Assembly (NCBI RefSeq): GCF_006345805.1
Contig: NC_043002.1
Coordinates: 87,978,001 to 88,042,000, forward strand
DNA from: Octopus sinensis
Lineage: Eukaryota
DNA length: 64,000 nt
Direction of reading: 5' to 3'
Shown here: positions 13,580 through 25,869 of the stretch, piece by piece
Position numbering within the stretch: position 1 is the stretch's first letter
Layout of the letters: every line of letters begins with the position of its first letter
Program-made: the position numbers and the translations under genes
The notes under the pieces: generated by a model
What the model was told of the DNA's origin: nothing
Databases searched by the model: none
The model's input: only the letters and a program-made list of their open reading frames with translations

Positions 13580-13678
13580 TTCATACATGCATATTTATAT
13601 ATGTTTATATCGGTACATATATGTATATCTACATATACACACACACTATATACTCATATCTATTTGTCTATCTGTCTG

Positions 13679-13709
<31 letters not shown>

Positions 13710-13711
13710 AG

Positions 13712-13742
<31 letters not shown>

Positions 13743-13764
13743 CACATATATATATATATATATA

Positions 13765-13803
<39 letters not shown>

Positions 13804-13804
13804 C

Positions 13805-13839
<35 letters not shown>

Positions 13840-13988
13840 ATATATACATATATAATATATATATATATATAGATATATATATATATACCATATATATATA
13901 CATACATATATATATATATATATATACATATATATTATATATACATATATATATATATATACATATATTATATATACATATATATATC

Positions 13989-14066
<78 letters not shown>

Positions 14067-14071
14067 CATAT

Positions 14072-14121
<50 letters not shown>

Positions 14122-14161
14122 TATAGATATATATATATATATTATATATATATACATATAT

Positions 14162-14206
<45 letters not shown>

Positions 14207-14220
14207 ATATATATATATTC
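13445..14220. repeat. Long imperfect (TA)n tract with (GACA)n/(GATA)n
   Basis: Directly visible. Confidence 0.95.
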
Positions 14221-14289
14221 GAAACTATGAAACTATGAGTCATATGGAGTTGAGTCAAACTGTTCTGGTATATATATATATAGTTTCGT

Positions 14290-15700
14290 GGGTGCAAAGA
14301 ATACGTCCATCTAATCACATATTGTAGAAGAGTGAGAGATTTTGCGGCAAATTCAAGATAGCTTCTAGGTGTTAGGCCTCTATTGATCAACTCAGTTATT
14401 TTTTTTTTAGGGCCAAGTGCAGGGAGAAGACGGCAGGATGCTGATGCCCCTTTGGCAGCAGGCTGCAGTGCAGTGTATTCCTTCCCCATCCTGCTTCATC
14501 TGGAGACTCCTCATGTCAACTTCTGAAAGATCAAATGGATTGTCATTGACAGGGCCCCTCCTCTCCTGAAACTCGCAATTGTCAACTCTATCTTCACATG
14601 CGACTATATATATTCCAGCAACATTCTGTATCGAGTAACAAGAAGAATAGACAATCTTATTGTTGCTACTAGTGGTACGCCTTGTTAATGAAGTTCAAGC
14701 AATTGGCAACTGACAGTCAAAATATATCACATTAGATCGAATGTTCCCATACACAAGAATACGGTATTTAACCCCTGCTATCTGTATAGACTACAGCCCA
14801 CCCATGTTGATCATCAAAGCTAAGTTGTAACTCAACACCATCAAATTCAGTGACTCCTACGTAAAGATTAACTGGTCTACTGACTTGCGACAAAATTACA
14901 TTTTTATCATATCTAAGCTCGTTTGCTCTCCAAAATGCAAATCTTCCTCATTAGTTTACTCAGCTACATACACACTCTCAAGAATAATGGCATCTCCTAT
15001 AGAAATACCTGACCAGTCGTTAATGCAGAAAGACCTTATCAATGTGGCGGAGCTCCATGTGATTTCTGAAGTAAAGACTTTATCTAAACTTTAAAGCATA
15101 ATCCACATTGTGTTCTGAACGGGTAAAGTGAAGCTATAAACTTCTGCGTTTATCAATTCTCTAAAACATGCCGGTTTTATCATAAACTGATATGTTCTTC
15201 CTAGTATAAATGTATTTACTTCTTGCTCGCCTGCTTAGAGAGGACTCTAATCTCTATAAGTTTACTCTTGCTTATTTCTGTCTTCATAGCTTTGATTACA
15301 CACATTCATTGTCTTTTGACTTATTTTTGTTAACTTACTACATTAAATAAATTTACTCGTTACGTTATTGCTCGGTTGCTAATGTAAAGACTCCTCTCCG
15401 CTAATCAGATATACAATGCTAGCTTCTTCTGTCTTCGTATTCCTCAATTAATTTGTCTATTAAATTTACTACTTTCCTCCAAAACTTGACAACTTCCAGT
15501 CATTTGATAGTATACAAATTTGAGAACGCTTTATTGTATTTAATTAGTAAAGTCTACGTTAATGCATCTAATGTTGCAAGCAAGAACATTTTAACCAATC
15601 AAGATACTCCTTATATAGAAGGGTGTGGGATAAAAAAAATTTCAATGTTTAAATCTAAGCATGACAAGCAAGAGTGGCAACTCTGAAATCTCAAAGGATT
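14290..15700 (-). pseudogene. Degenerate coding relic with OB-fold-like segments and a possible Ty3/Gypsy RT-start fragment at the low-coordinate end
   Basis: Stop-interrupted translations QEVNTFILGRTYQFMIK, LIRSFCINDWSGISIGDAIILESVYVAE*TNEEDLHFGEQTSLD and KITELINRGLTPRSYLEFAA. Family assignment is by eye only. Confidence 0.3.
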
Positions 15701-16419
15701 TGAAGTGAATCAGCTTCAAAATCCCGAATGACTACAACTAGAATGACGCATGGGCCATGAGAAAAACATAGTACAATGGGCAATATTAAATAAATCGAGA
15801 TTTCTTTATTAAGCATCATAGTTATGAATGGAGTTACAGTAGAAGAGATTTCAGTCTTGTAGAGCTATTTTGAGTGTTTGAGAATTCGAAGATATCACAT
15901 CAGTCTATCTTGATGCTACTGCACATGGCTCCAATGTTAACGTCTCCTCGATAGAGTGAGCGTCTTGGTTGGTTAAGATTTCTTACTTGTTGTATGGTTG
16001 AAAGTACCAACTTAGCTAATCGCTCTCCAAATTGACGACGCTTCTGTCATTTTTCTCGTCAATAGCTTGTTATATAATTATAGCTATCCTACAAAAAAAT
16101 TGTTTTGCTTCTTGACAAAACAAGTGTGTATGTTAAAATTCATGCATGCTTGCCTTAAAAATTGCAAAAGATGCATTCATTGCGAATTATGAAAAGTTAC
16201 TTTTTTACGACTGTATAGAGAAATATACAGAGTAGATTTCTGATTTATTCACGTTTAATCTATGAAAATAAAATAAATGCCTAATCTATAAATATATGCA
16301 ATTTAAAGAAAGGAAAGTGAAAAACACGATTTTATTGAAAATTTGTGCATGCTTTATGTATTGTTCGATTTTGAACAACTTTGTTTTATACTTATATTTT
16401 GTCGTTTATATTGTTATTT

Positions 16420-16446
16420 TTATTTTATTTTATTCTATTTTATCAG
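16420..16446 (+). other. Splice acceptor of a probable 5' UTR intron of ANKUB1
   Basis: T-rich tract ending tttatcag at 16446, 142 nt before the ATG. Confidence 0.5.
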
Positions 16447-16588
16447 AAATCTAGTAAATCTGCCAAAGGAAGCTTCGAACACCTGAAGACAAAAGACGCT
16501 TTGAATGATGTGAGAACACAAAATCGTAATAAATAAGCAAAAAACAATACGCAAGTATTCTTTGTAATTCTAGGATAATCTATATACA

Positions 16589-18475
16589 ATGTTACTTTTC
16601 CTGAGTTATGAAAATGAAAGAATATCGTGTAATATTTCAACTGACATAACTGTGAAACAGGCGAAAGATTATGTGTCACCGAAATTCGGACTGAGTTCTT
16701 CTGCCTTCAAAGAACAACAGAAAGTTCTGGCCTTGAAGTTTGCTGGTTCTGAACTAAATGATTCATGGATAATTGGCGATCTGAAAATTGTACCAGGTTC
16801 CACGATAAAATTAGTTTTGAAAACGGCTAATCGTCCCTCTTTGTATGTCTACTGTCGGTACAACAATGAGACATTTTCCATTGATAATATCAACTGGATT
16901 AGTGAAATGCAAGTTTCAGAACTTCGACAAAGAATATCTGAACACACTGGGCTTCCTGTGTCCGTATCACGACTAATAAGTCCAGGGGGGCAGGAAATGT
17001 ATGATTCATATCGCCTTTATGATTATAACATATTTAATGGAATGCGTGTTGTCATGGAAACGTGGGATGGTTGGAATGACTTTCTTCATTATGCTATTGC
17101 TGGTCAAACCAAATCTGTTCTATCATCCATTTCATCTGACGAGGTTATAGCAAAATTTCAACTTAAAGTCGCTTTGTATATATCTGCCCATTTTGGAAAC
17201 GTAGATTTGGCTTCTTATGTAATGAAGATGGGTGTCAGATCAGATGAACCAATTGGAGAACATCCTTCAAGACAGTGGTGTTATGAACACTCTAATATCT
17301 ATTGCTTGAAGGCACCTGTTCATGAAGCTTCTTATCAGGGACAGTATGTGCTCTTACGCCTTTTTGTATCACATGATATATGCTGCTTGTTGGCCAAAGA
17401 CGGTTTCGGTCAAAACGCTTTAGCAATCAGTTTGCATCGGAAAATGAAACAATGTGCTTCCTTTTTACTTGCCAAGCAATGGACTAAGGTCCAAATTTCT
17501 AAAGAATTAGCGCTTCCTGTTATATTATATTCTAAAATGCTACTCTGGGCCGATCGAGCAAAAAATCAAGTTTTACTCACTAAAGGGCCAGAGAAATCAT
17601 CTATCAAAATAGGTAATAAGAATAAAGGTCCACTAGTCACATTTGGTGTCTTAGTAGATGGCTATTCGCCAAGTCAAATTAATAGTAGACCTATTCCTCA
17701 AAATAAGAAATATAGTCAAAGACTCGTTAGAAGTTCTTTACATATAAATAATGAAAGATATCATCATAATATACATTCCTCGAGAGGTCGTCGAGAAAAT
17801 ACGTCAGAATGCTCAACAAGAAAACGAACTGCAAAACATACGATAAAATATTTGCCCACAAATGAACCCACAATCAAATCACCAAATCGTAAACGGCCTG
17901 AAAAGTCCTCTCCAACATTATCGGCTGAAAGCAATAGTAACCAAATCCAAAATCTTCATAGTAATACTCTAAAGCTCCCAAAAATTGAATTGAGTGAAAA
18001 CAAAACAGACAGTGAAAGCGAACGAGTAAAATCTTGTTCGAGTGCAGAACTCAATTCAGATGGTGTTATTCCATCGATAGAAAAAAGTGACGAGACACCT
18101 ACTCTACCTAAATTAAATATAGAAACAGAAAAGTTTTCCAGTGGTCTTCCAGTAAATAACAAAATTGATAAAGTTCAAAAAACTGAAAATGGTGGTAAAA
18201 ACAATAAGAACGATTCTTCTTCTAAACTGTTGCCGCATCGATCTAACAAAACCCATAAATATCGCCCCTTTTTTTATTATCCAGGTAGCAGGGACAAGAT
18301 TGTCCAAGAAACATTGGCAAGCTATGAAAAGTATCAAAACCTTCAACCATTACAACGTGCTGCCAAAGCTCTTAGTATTGCAGAAACATTTAAGGAGAAA
18401 CCATTTCTTTTACGGTTAAAGATTGCCATGGCTCTTGATGAAGGTCCAATTAAAAGATTTCCTCTTCCAAAGTGA
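16589..18475 (+). CDS. ANKUB1: Ankyrin repeat and ubiquitin domain-containing protein 1 (628 aa, single coding exon)
   Basis: Two N-terminal ubiquitin-like domains (FAGSELNDSW, GLPVSVSRL..GQEMYD), WDGW, VALYISAHFG, GEHPSRQWC and ankyrin repeats follow the order and motifs I recall for vertebrate ANKUB1; the ORF is intact. Confidence 0.9.
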   Translation: MLLFLSYENERISCNISTDITVKQAKDYVSPKFGLSSSAFKEQQKVLALKFAGSELNDSWIIGDLKIVPGSTIKLVLKTANRPSLYVYCRYNNETFSIDNINWISEMQVSELRQRISEHTGLPVSVSRLISPGGQEMYDSYRLYDYNIFNGMRVVMETWDGWNDFLHYAIAGQTKSVLSSISSDEVIAKFQLKVALYISAHFGNVDLASYVMKMGVRSDEPIGEHPSRQWCYEHSNIYCLKAPVHEASYQGQYVLLRLFVSHDICCLLAKDGFGQNALAISLHRKMKQCASFLLAKQWTKVQISKELALPVILYSKMLLWADRAKNQVLLTKGPEKSSIKIGNKNKGPLVTFGVLVDGYSPSQINSRPIPQNKKYSQRLVRSSLHINNERYHHNIHSSRGRRENTSECSTRKRTAKHTIKYLPTNEPTIKSPNRKRPEKSSPTLSAESNSNQIQNLHSNTLKLPKIELSENKTDSESERVKSCSSAELNSDGVIPSIEKSDETPTLPKLNIETEKFSSGLPVNNKIDKVQKTENGGKNNKNDSSSKLLPHRSNKTHKYRPFFYYPGSRDKIVQETLASYEKYQNLQPLQRAAKALSIAETFKEKPFLLRLKIAMALDEGPIKRFPLPK

Positions 18476-19044
18476 TAAAACCAAGGCCAACAAATAATCA
18501 GAGATAACTTAAAGAGAAGTGTCACCAAAGTATATAATATCATATAAAATGTGTATTACATCCTTTGTCCTTTCACGGCAAATGCAAATCCCATGATTCG
18601 TCAATCAAGAACGGATACATAGCAAAATTAAAACAACATTGATGCTACAGCAGATAAATCTGTTATTTCCGGATGTAAAAGCAAAGTAATCTTACATTAA
18701 AATCTAATTAAGAGACTGATCGGAACAAACCCAGAATAACGAATTGTAATGGTCACGAAACAGAACTTTCCATGAAATGAGAAATCTGACAATAGAGATT
18801 AATCTTGGAAAGAAAATTATGGATAAACTTATATTCCATATAATCTGTGAAGAAAATCCTAATATACAATATTAAATATGCATCAAGATTATCAAGAATT
18901 ATACATTTAATGATGTATAGAGGGAATTTGACGGAATTGATTAAACTAATTGATTGCATTTATGGAAATGTTTATTGTGGTCTTGGATCAATGCATATGA
19001 GATATTCAACTTAATTAAATGGTTCTTCTCAATACTTTAACTTA

Positions 19045-19240
19045 GAAACGCGCGGCGAGAAAAATGCTTAGTGGCATTTCGTCGGTTTTTATGTTCTGAG
19101 TTCAAATTCCGTCAAGATCGACTTTGCCTTTAATGCTTTTGGGGTCGATGAAATAAGTACCAGTTGAGGACTGGAGTCGATATAATCAACTTACCACCTC
19201 CCCTGAAATTGCTGGCCTTGTGCCAAAATTTGAAACCAAC
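19045..19240 (+). mobile_element. SINE family A copy
   Basis: gttctgagttcaaattccg..gtcgactttgccttt..ggggtcgat motif. Confidence 0.75.
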
Positions 19241-19257
19241 ATTAAAACTTGTAAAAC

Positions 19258-19271
19258 GTTGCTATGGATAA
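19258..19271. promoter_or_regulatory. RFX X-box-like motif GTTGCTATGGATAA
   Basis: 13/14 match to GTTGCTATGGATAC-type X-box; lies in unique sequence. Confidence 0.3.
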
Positions 19272-19793
19272 GATAACCTCATGTTTCAGCCCCTGTTTTA
19301 AACCATTTCATCTCACAAACTCCACTAAAGCTCTAGGGAAAGGAATCAACGTCACGTCTTTTGATTCCATTTTTCTTCAAAATTCCTAAACAATTTGATA
19401 TCAATGCCGTTGTTTTCAATATGGACGGTACCGTAAAGTTCCAGGAGAGCCGAGAACGCTACGCAGTTTCGATCGTTATTGGAAGTTGTACCGCTTCCTT
19501 TTATGCTACTGATGTCTTTGACAAAGATATGAACATCGTATTATTCCATTCCTGTTTCCTTTAAATATGTGGAATTTTAAAACTGAATAAAAGAAAGCTA
19601 TATTTATTCTTCAAAGGATATAGCTGTCATAAAACGCCTACAATTCGGATCTGAAAATTCCATTCTATGATACTCATAAAGGTCATACTCCATACACATT
19701 ATTCTGAATTAATAGTCCTTAAGCTTTTTTGCTTAGTAACGTCTTTTAAATATATGTTAGAGCTAAAGCTAATGCTTCCCACCCCCAATACAT

Positions 19794-20098
19794 GTGGAGG
19801 CACATGGCCTAGTGGTTAGAGCAGCGGACTCGCGGTCGAGGGATAGCGGGTTCGAATCTCAGACTGGGCGATGTGTGTGTTTATGAGCGAAATATCTAAG
19901 CTCCACGCGGCTCCGGCAGAAGGTAATGGCGAAACTTCTGTTGATTTTTTCGCCACAACTTTCTCTCACTCTTTCTTCCTGCATCTTGCAGCTCACCTGC
20001 GATGGACCGGCGTCCCGTATAGGTGGGGAACCTATACACCAAGAAACCGAGAAACCAGCCCTTATGAGCCAGGCATGGCTCGAGAAGGAAAAAAAAAC
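19794..20098 (+). mobile_element. tRNA-derived SINE (family C) with A/B boxes and poly(A)
   Basis: tggcctagtgg A box and gttcgaatc B box; 3' part (gcgatggac..gaaacc..cccttatgag..gagaagg) shared with 35389-35628. Confidence 0.85.
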
Positions 20099-21041
20099 CC
20101 AATACATTGAACAGTAGTTAATGACTTCATAATTTTAGTACTACAATGGATTATTATGAAAGATATTACCCATATAAATAAACTCATGAGTAATTTAGAA
20201 GTTAGTGATATTGATACAAATATATATTTTAGATAATGAGCATAGACAGAACTAATTACTGCGAAACAGTGTAAACTTAAAGTATTTAATCTATAAAAAA
20301 ACTGTTAAGTTTGTATCATTTAACGGCTACAGTGAATCCGATTATAATTCGCTCTCTTTAAATATTGGGTTCAGTGTTTGACAAGCAAACTCTCAAGTCT
20401 TTTTTTTTTTAATATATATTTAAAATCTGTTTCACTAATAATTGCAATGCCTCATTAAATCCTCTCCCGATTAAGTATGAAGAAAAACAAACAATATATT
20501 TCTGTCAAAGCTTAAGATGCTTATTTTATATATTATACCAAAATGGTTTTATACATACTTTCTTGGGAGTGTACATGAACTTCAAAATCATTTTATAAAC
20601 CTAGAATAGTTTTGAATGAGTAAGAACTGCATCGGAAAGAAAAAGTACTTTCATTTCAACAAAATCTTTAAGTCTTGTCATTATATCATCTTTCAGAATC
20701 TCGAGTTGGGAACAGTAGCACTGTCACTATTTTCTGTTATTATATGTACAATAAAAAATTGCTGAAAATCATGTCCAACTATTTTTGTAAAATGGAATTA
20801 TGCTAATAAAATGATTTGTAATTTCTTTTGTTTTAATAAGATTGAAAACTGTTTTCTTGTAATTTGATCTTCATCTCAATTTCTTGGAGCTGTCAGAAAG
20901 ATAAGCAATGTCAATCATTTGGATTCTTTTAGCTCAGTGCACATTTTCTCATCACACGATCCAAAAGATCATCAAATTTGAGCGCTTAAAAGTAGTGATC
21001 ATAAATGCGTTGAAGGCAGATTTCTTCAGAACTTCGATATA

Positions 21042-22330
21042 CGAGGGGCGTTCAATAAGTAATGCCCCTGACCCACTTCCCGTAGCAGTAGAGCAACGAA
21101 ACTTGGCACAGTTATTAGTCTTTTTCTACATAGGAACCACTCAGAGTTACGCATTTCTCCCACCGTTTGATGCAGCTCTGGAAACCGTTTTTGTAGAAGA
21201 CCCCAGTTTGGTCCTCCAACCACGACGTGACTTCAGAAATCAAGGATGCATTATCTGGGAAACGCTTTCCTTTCAAAAACAACTTCATGGCTGGGAAGAG
21301 GTGAAATCAGAGGGTGCAAGGTCAGGGGAGTAGGGGGGTTGGGGGAAGAGTTCAATGCCATACGCCTGTGCTTCTGATCTGGCGACACGCAAGTTGTGGG
21401 CCGGAGCGTTGTCCTGCAGGAGGAGGATGCCTTTGCTGATCTTGCCTCGCCTCTTGATTTTGATAGCTTCTCTTAATTTCCTCAAAAGTGAAGCATAATA
21501 GGCTCCTGTAATTGTGGTACCCTTTGCCAGGAAATCTGTCATCACTACTCCGTCCTGGTCCCAGAAGACTGTGAGCATGACTTGTCAGCGGAGGGCTGCA
21601 CCCTTGCCTTCTTTGGAGGAGGTGAGTCACGGTGCTTCCACTACATTGACTGGGCTTTGGTCTCTGGATCATAGTGATGGACCCAGGTTTCATCCTGTGT
21701 AATCAGTCTTTTGAAAATTTTCGACTCATCTTCTTGGCACATCTCCAAATTCATCCTCGAGCACTGGACGCGTTCTTGCTTCTGGAAAGGTGTGAGCAAC
21801 CTGGGGATCCATCTGGCAGACACCTTTTGCATATGCAAATGGTCATGAATGATAGTTTCCACAGACTCGGTACTAATCTTGACCTCGTGGGCTATTTGGC
21901 GAATAGTTATGCGTCGATCTTCCAAAATGGCAGCCTCAACTTGACGGACAGATGCCTCATCAATGGCAGAAGTGGGGCGACCAGATCTGGGAGCTGTTTC
22001 CACAGAGTTCCGACCATGTTTGAATTCACGATGCCAGCGTTTTACAAAGTCATATGATGGGGCATCATCACCATAAGTTACTTTCATTTCATCAAAAGTC
22101 TCCCGTGGTGTGCGTCCTTTCAAATGCAAAAACCGGATCACTGCTCGACACTCAACAGGCTCCATTTCACACTTGACTCAGTTCAAACACCTGTAAATCA
22201 GAAACCACAATTAGTTCAGAGCTGTAATTTGCCACTTAATCTATAGATATAAATAACTGCACATGCAAAATTTCAGCTAGATCAAACAATTGCAAGTGGG
22301 TCAGGGGCATTACTTATTGAACGTCCCTCG
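21042..22330 (-). mobile_element. Full-length mariner (irritans-like, DD34D), 1289 bp, TA TSD
   Basis: TIR cgagggg cgttcaataagtaatgcccctgacccactt at both ends, each flanked by TA. Confidence 0.95.
21117..22165 (-). pseudogene. Mariner transposase with a stop and frameshifts
   Basis: WIPRLL, TQDETWVHHYDPE, QDNAPAH, PYSPDLAPSDF; stop at 21641 and shifts near 21590 and 21295. Confidence 0.92.
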
Positions 22331-23249
22331 TATAGTAAACAACGCTTAAATTCCTGATAATTTTCATGGTAAAGTTTCTAAAAAGTACGGGTAAGTCAGC
22401 GATGGAGCTTTTATCAGATTCACTGCTTTAATAACATTATGTAAAATACTAATAGTCTACCGCTAAGATTTTTTGAGGCTAAAGTGCCGATAAATGACGT
22501 AGTGAAGCACAAAAATATTTGGAGCTTCTTCTTTGAAGAGCATAATAAATTTACGATTGTAGCTAATCATAAAAGGTGCCCTATGAGTTGCAAATACAAT
22601 AAGGCTTGTGAAAGGAATATTTTATTATTAAAAATATGCACAACTACTGTACAAATTGTAAACACCTTTGGTTAGTTTACAATTTCTCGCCAATAGAAAC
22701 CCTTATATAATTTCTTAACTAATATTTATATAACACGTCGGCCAACAGCAAATACTGAATATCACAAAAAAATTGTTTCATTAAGCTGTAAAGAAAAATA
22801 TCTACGATTTCAAAATTAGCACGTTTTGATTTGTTTCTTCCATATAACCTTAGATATTTCACCAATTCTTGTTGATATTGAACTATTTCTTACAAGAATT
22901 GATAACAGTATATCATTTTTAACAAAGTCCATCGAAGTATTTATAACGTCACTTACAGCTGGTTAACGACAGGTTTGCAATAGTATGAGGTTTTCTAAAT
23001 TTGCAAATAATTAACATTTTTCTAAGATACACCTAATCCTTTCTCGAGTTAGTTGGTCATTTTGTTTTACAATCAAATCATTAATAAATTTTAAGTACAT
23101 ATTTTACATCCTAAAAAAGTGTAACTTTTCTCTTTTGCTTAACCAGAATGCTGTGTTTTAAATTATCAATCATTCATGTGTTTCTTCCTTTATTTAGGAA
23201 ATGTCTTTTTGTTTTTGTTTATTGTTTTTTTTTGTTTTGTTTTTGTCAC

Positions 23250-23632
23250 AGGAGTGGCTGTGTGGTAAGTAGCTTGCTAACCAACCACATGGTTCCGGGT
23301 TCAGTCCCACTGCGTGGCGTCTTGGGCAAGTGTCTTCTGCTATAGCCCCGGGCCGACCAATGCCTTGTGAGTGGATTTGGTAGACGGAAACTATGTGTGT
23401 GTGTGTGTGCGTGTTTGTATGTCTGTGTTTGTCCCCCTAGCATTGCTTGACAACTGATGCTGGTGTGTTTACGTCCCCGTCACTTAGCGGTTCGGCAAAA
23501 GAGACCGATAGAATAAGTACTGGGCTTACAAAGAATAAGTCCCGGGGTCGATTTGCTCGACTAAAGGCGGTGCTCCAGCATGGCCGCAGTCAAATGACTG
23601 AAACAAGTAAAAGAATAAAAGAATAAAAGAAT
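23250..23632 (+). mobile_element. SINE family B copy
   Basis: Full body from gtggctgtgtggtaag to (aaagaata)n tail. Confidence 0.85.
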
Positions 23633-23775
23633 AATAAACACAGTGATAACTACTCGCTATCAATTGATGGAATATCTCCAGATTTCAAATATTTACACGA
23701 TTTTTGACGCTTCCATTTTCTTTTCTTTTTTTTTTGTATGACGCTTACCACAATGTCAATATTTACATTAAAATA

Positions 23776-23990
23776 GGCAACGAGCGGGCAGAATCGTTAG
23801 CAGACCGGGGCAAATTGCTTAGCGGTATTTCGTCCGTCTTTACGTTGAGTTAAAATTCCGCCAAGGTCAACTCTGCCTTTCATTTTTTCGAGGTCGATAA
23901 AATAAGTACCAGCTGAGCACTGGGGTCGATGTAGTCGATTTATCCCATCCTTCAAACTTACTGGCCTTATGCCAAACTTTGAAGCCAATA
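23776..23990 (+). mobile_element. SINE family A copy
   Basis: Family head gcagaatcgttagc and core motif. Confidence 0.75.
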
Positions 23991-24406
23991 TTTACTGTAA
24001 AAAAAAAACAAGTTTTATATTAATGAAGGACTAATTAACTTCAATTGAATACTGTATGAAATAAATTGGAAATGCTTCATTTATATTGATTTAAATATAA
24101 ATTACTATGCATGTATCATTATTCATTGTAATTTGAAATTCGAAGGCATGGCTCAAAATAATTATCGAGTTTCGATTTCTTACACAGCCATATTGAATGA
24201 AAACGTTCAATAATAAAAGTATTAACATATATCCAACCGAAAAAAACTTCCATTTCCAACGCGGCGATTATTAAGGTCTGCTAATTATGGCATTAACTTG
24301 GCAATAATGTTTGTAGTAGCTATTAAAAAAGAAGATAGTCATTGGTCGATCATTTTAATCTTCTTGAGAAAAATTATTTACTTTTAACCCGTTACAGATT
24401 TAAATA

Positions 24407-24969
24407 TTGGGTTGCCCGGAAAGTTCATGCCGTTTTATAGTAGCTTATCTTTCAACTTATTTTAGAACATGGTTGAGTCCATAAAATAGGATTTGACTAC
24501 ACCTCCATTTAGAGCATAGTTTAAGCTATCTTTTCGTGGAATAAGGTTTATGTTCCAATAACCTGTGTTAATTCTGTAACCCTTTAAAATGGAAGATAAG
24601 AAAGTTCATTTTCGGCACTTGCTTTGGGAACCAGACAAAAATTGCTGCAGCTCGGCTGGGATGTGTTACCCCTCTCTCCATATTCACCAGATATTGCTCC
24701 TTCGGATTTCCACTTATTCAGGTCTCTGTAGAATAGTCTTAACGGTAAAAATTTCAATTCCTTGGATGACGTAAAAAGATACCTTGATGAATTCTTTGCC
24801 ATGAAACCACCTCAATTCTGGGAAGAGAGTATTTTCAAGTTAAAGGAAAGATAGAGACGCATTGTGCAATAAAATGGTCCATATTTGGATGATTAAAAAT
24901 GTAATGGCAAATATTTATTGACCTTTTTCTTTCCTTTAAAAATCGGCACGAACTTTCCGGAAAAACCAA
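24407..24969 (+). mobile_element. Internally deleted mariner (mellifera-like), 563 bp, TA TSD
   Basis: TIRs ttgggttgcccggaaag / ctttccggaaaaaccaa; MEDKKVHFR is joined directly to the C-terminal part; same family as 42194-43434. Confidence 0.9.
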
Positions 24970-25209
24970 TAGTTTATTACCCACTAACTTCGTTTGTGGT
25001 TGCATTAATTTTATCTGCGAAATCAAAACTAATGTAATATATGGTTGTTGGTCAATAAAATTTTAATCCTTATTAATATTTAATTAGTTTAAATTAGCTT
25101 TTTCACTAAAAGTTTTATGGGAAAAAAACAAAACTCATTACAGTGATTTTTGATAATAGAGTGTCAGTTCCACTTTATTAAACAATACATGCAACACTTT
25201 GGTGGCCGT

Positions 25210-25240
<31 letters not shown>

Positions 25241-25869
25241 TTGCGATTCTCTACTGAGCCTTATTTGTTTATTTTTAGAAAATGTTTGATGCAATTAAAA
25301 ATTTTTGTGTTATTGATGCCATTTAAGATGAGAAGGTGCGATTGTATGAAATTATTGTTACTTAAGGTGACATCAACAACAAAACTACAACAAAAAGGAC
25401 TTCAAAAGATTCTGAGCAATTTGATACACTCATGCTATACAACACAAAAAATAACTCAACAGCAACGAAAATGTAATTCAATAATTCAATGGCGCAAAAA
25501 TAAATTCGGAGACAAAAATAATCATGAAAATAAACGAAAGAATACAAAAAGAGCAACATATAAATAATTAAAAACCAACAACATCATCATCAACAACAAC
25601 AACAACAACACGACAAAAATAATCTTATATTGTATCAAAATATCTCCGATGACAAACAATTTAGTCGCATCACAATATCAAAAACATCTTTTCATGGTTG
25701 CAAAAAAAATAGTGATGCCAGCTGCAGTTTGACAAAATGGATGAGGCACGTTATTATCAAAGACAGCCTTCATTATAGCTAAATTATCGTTGTTAATAAA
25801 TAAATACGCTTTCCGAATATATTCCGTTGTCTTCTCGTCACCCATTCTTGTTCATCTCCTCCTCAGCCT

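Larger units (their letters stand above)
20420..23110 (-). mobile_element. Degenerate hAT (Buster/Charlie, ZBED5/FAM200-like) transposase, split by a mariner insertion
   Basis: FSLQLNETIFCDIQYLLLA, FKEEAPNIF.LH, HNVIKAVNLIK, CLQRIYD, DIAYLSD, YCSQLEIL..DIMTRLKD, SYLIGRGF; many stops. Confidence 0.75.

Noticed and set aside
19391-19430. HAD-family motif (AVVFNMDGTV)
   Set aside because: The catalytic Asp is replaced by Asn, there is no downstream similarity and no splice support; probably chance.
19794-19870. tRNA gene
   Set aside because: It has A/B boxes but no cloverleaf or acceptor stem and continues into a SINE body with poly(A).
20559-20600. 42-nt minus-strand exon (VYKMILKFMYTPKK) with good splice sites
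   Set aside because: It lies inside the degenerate hAT transposase, which shows that splice-like signals arise by chance here.
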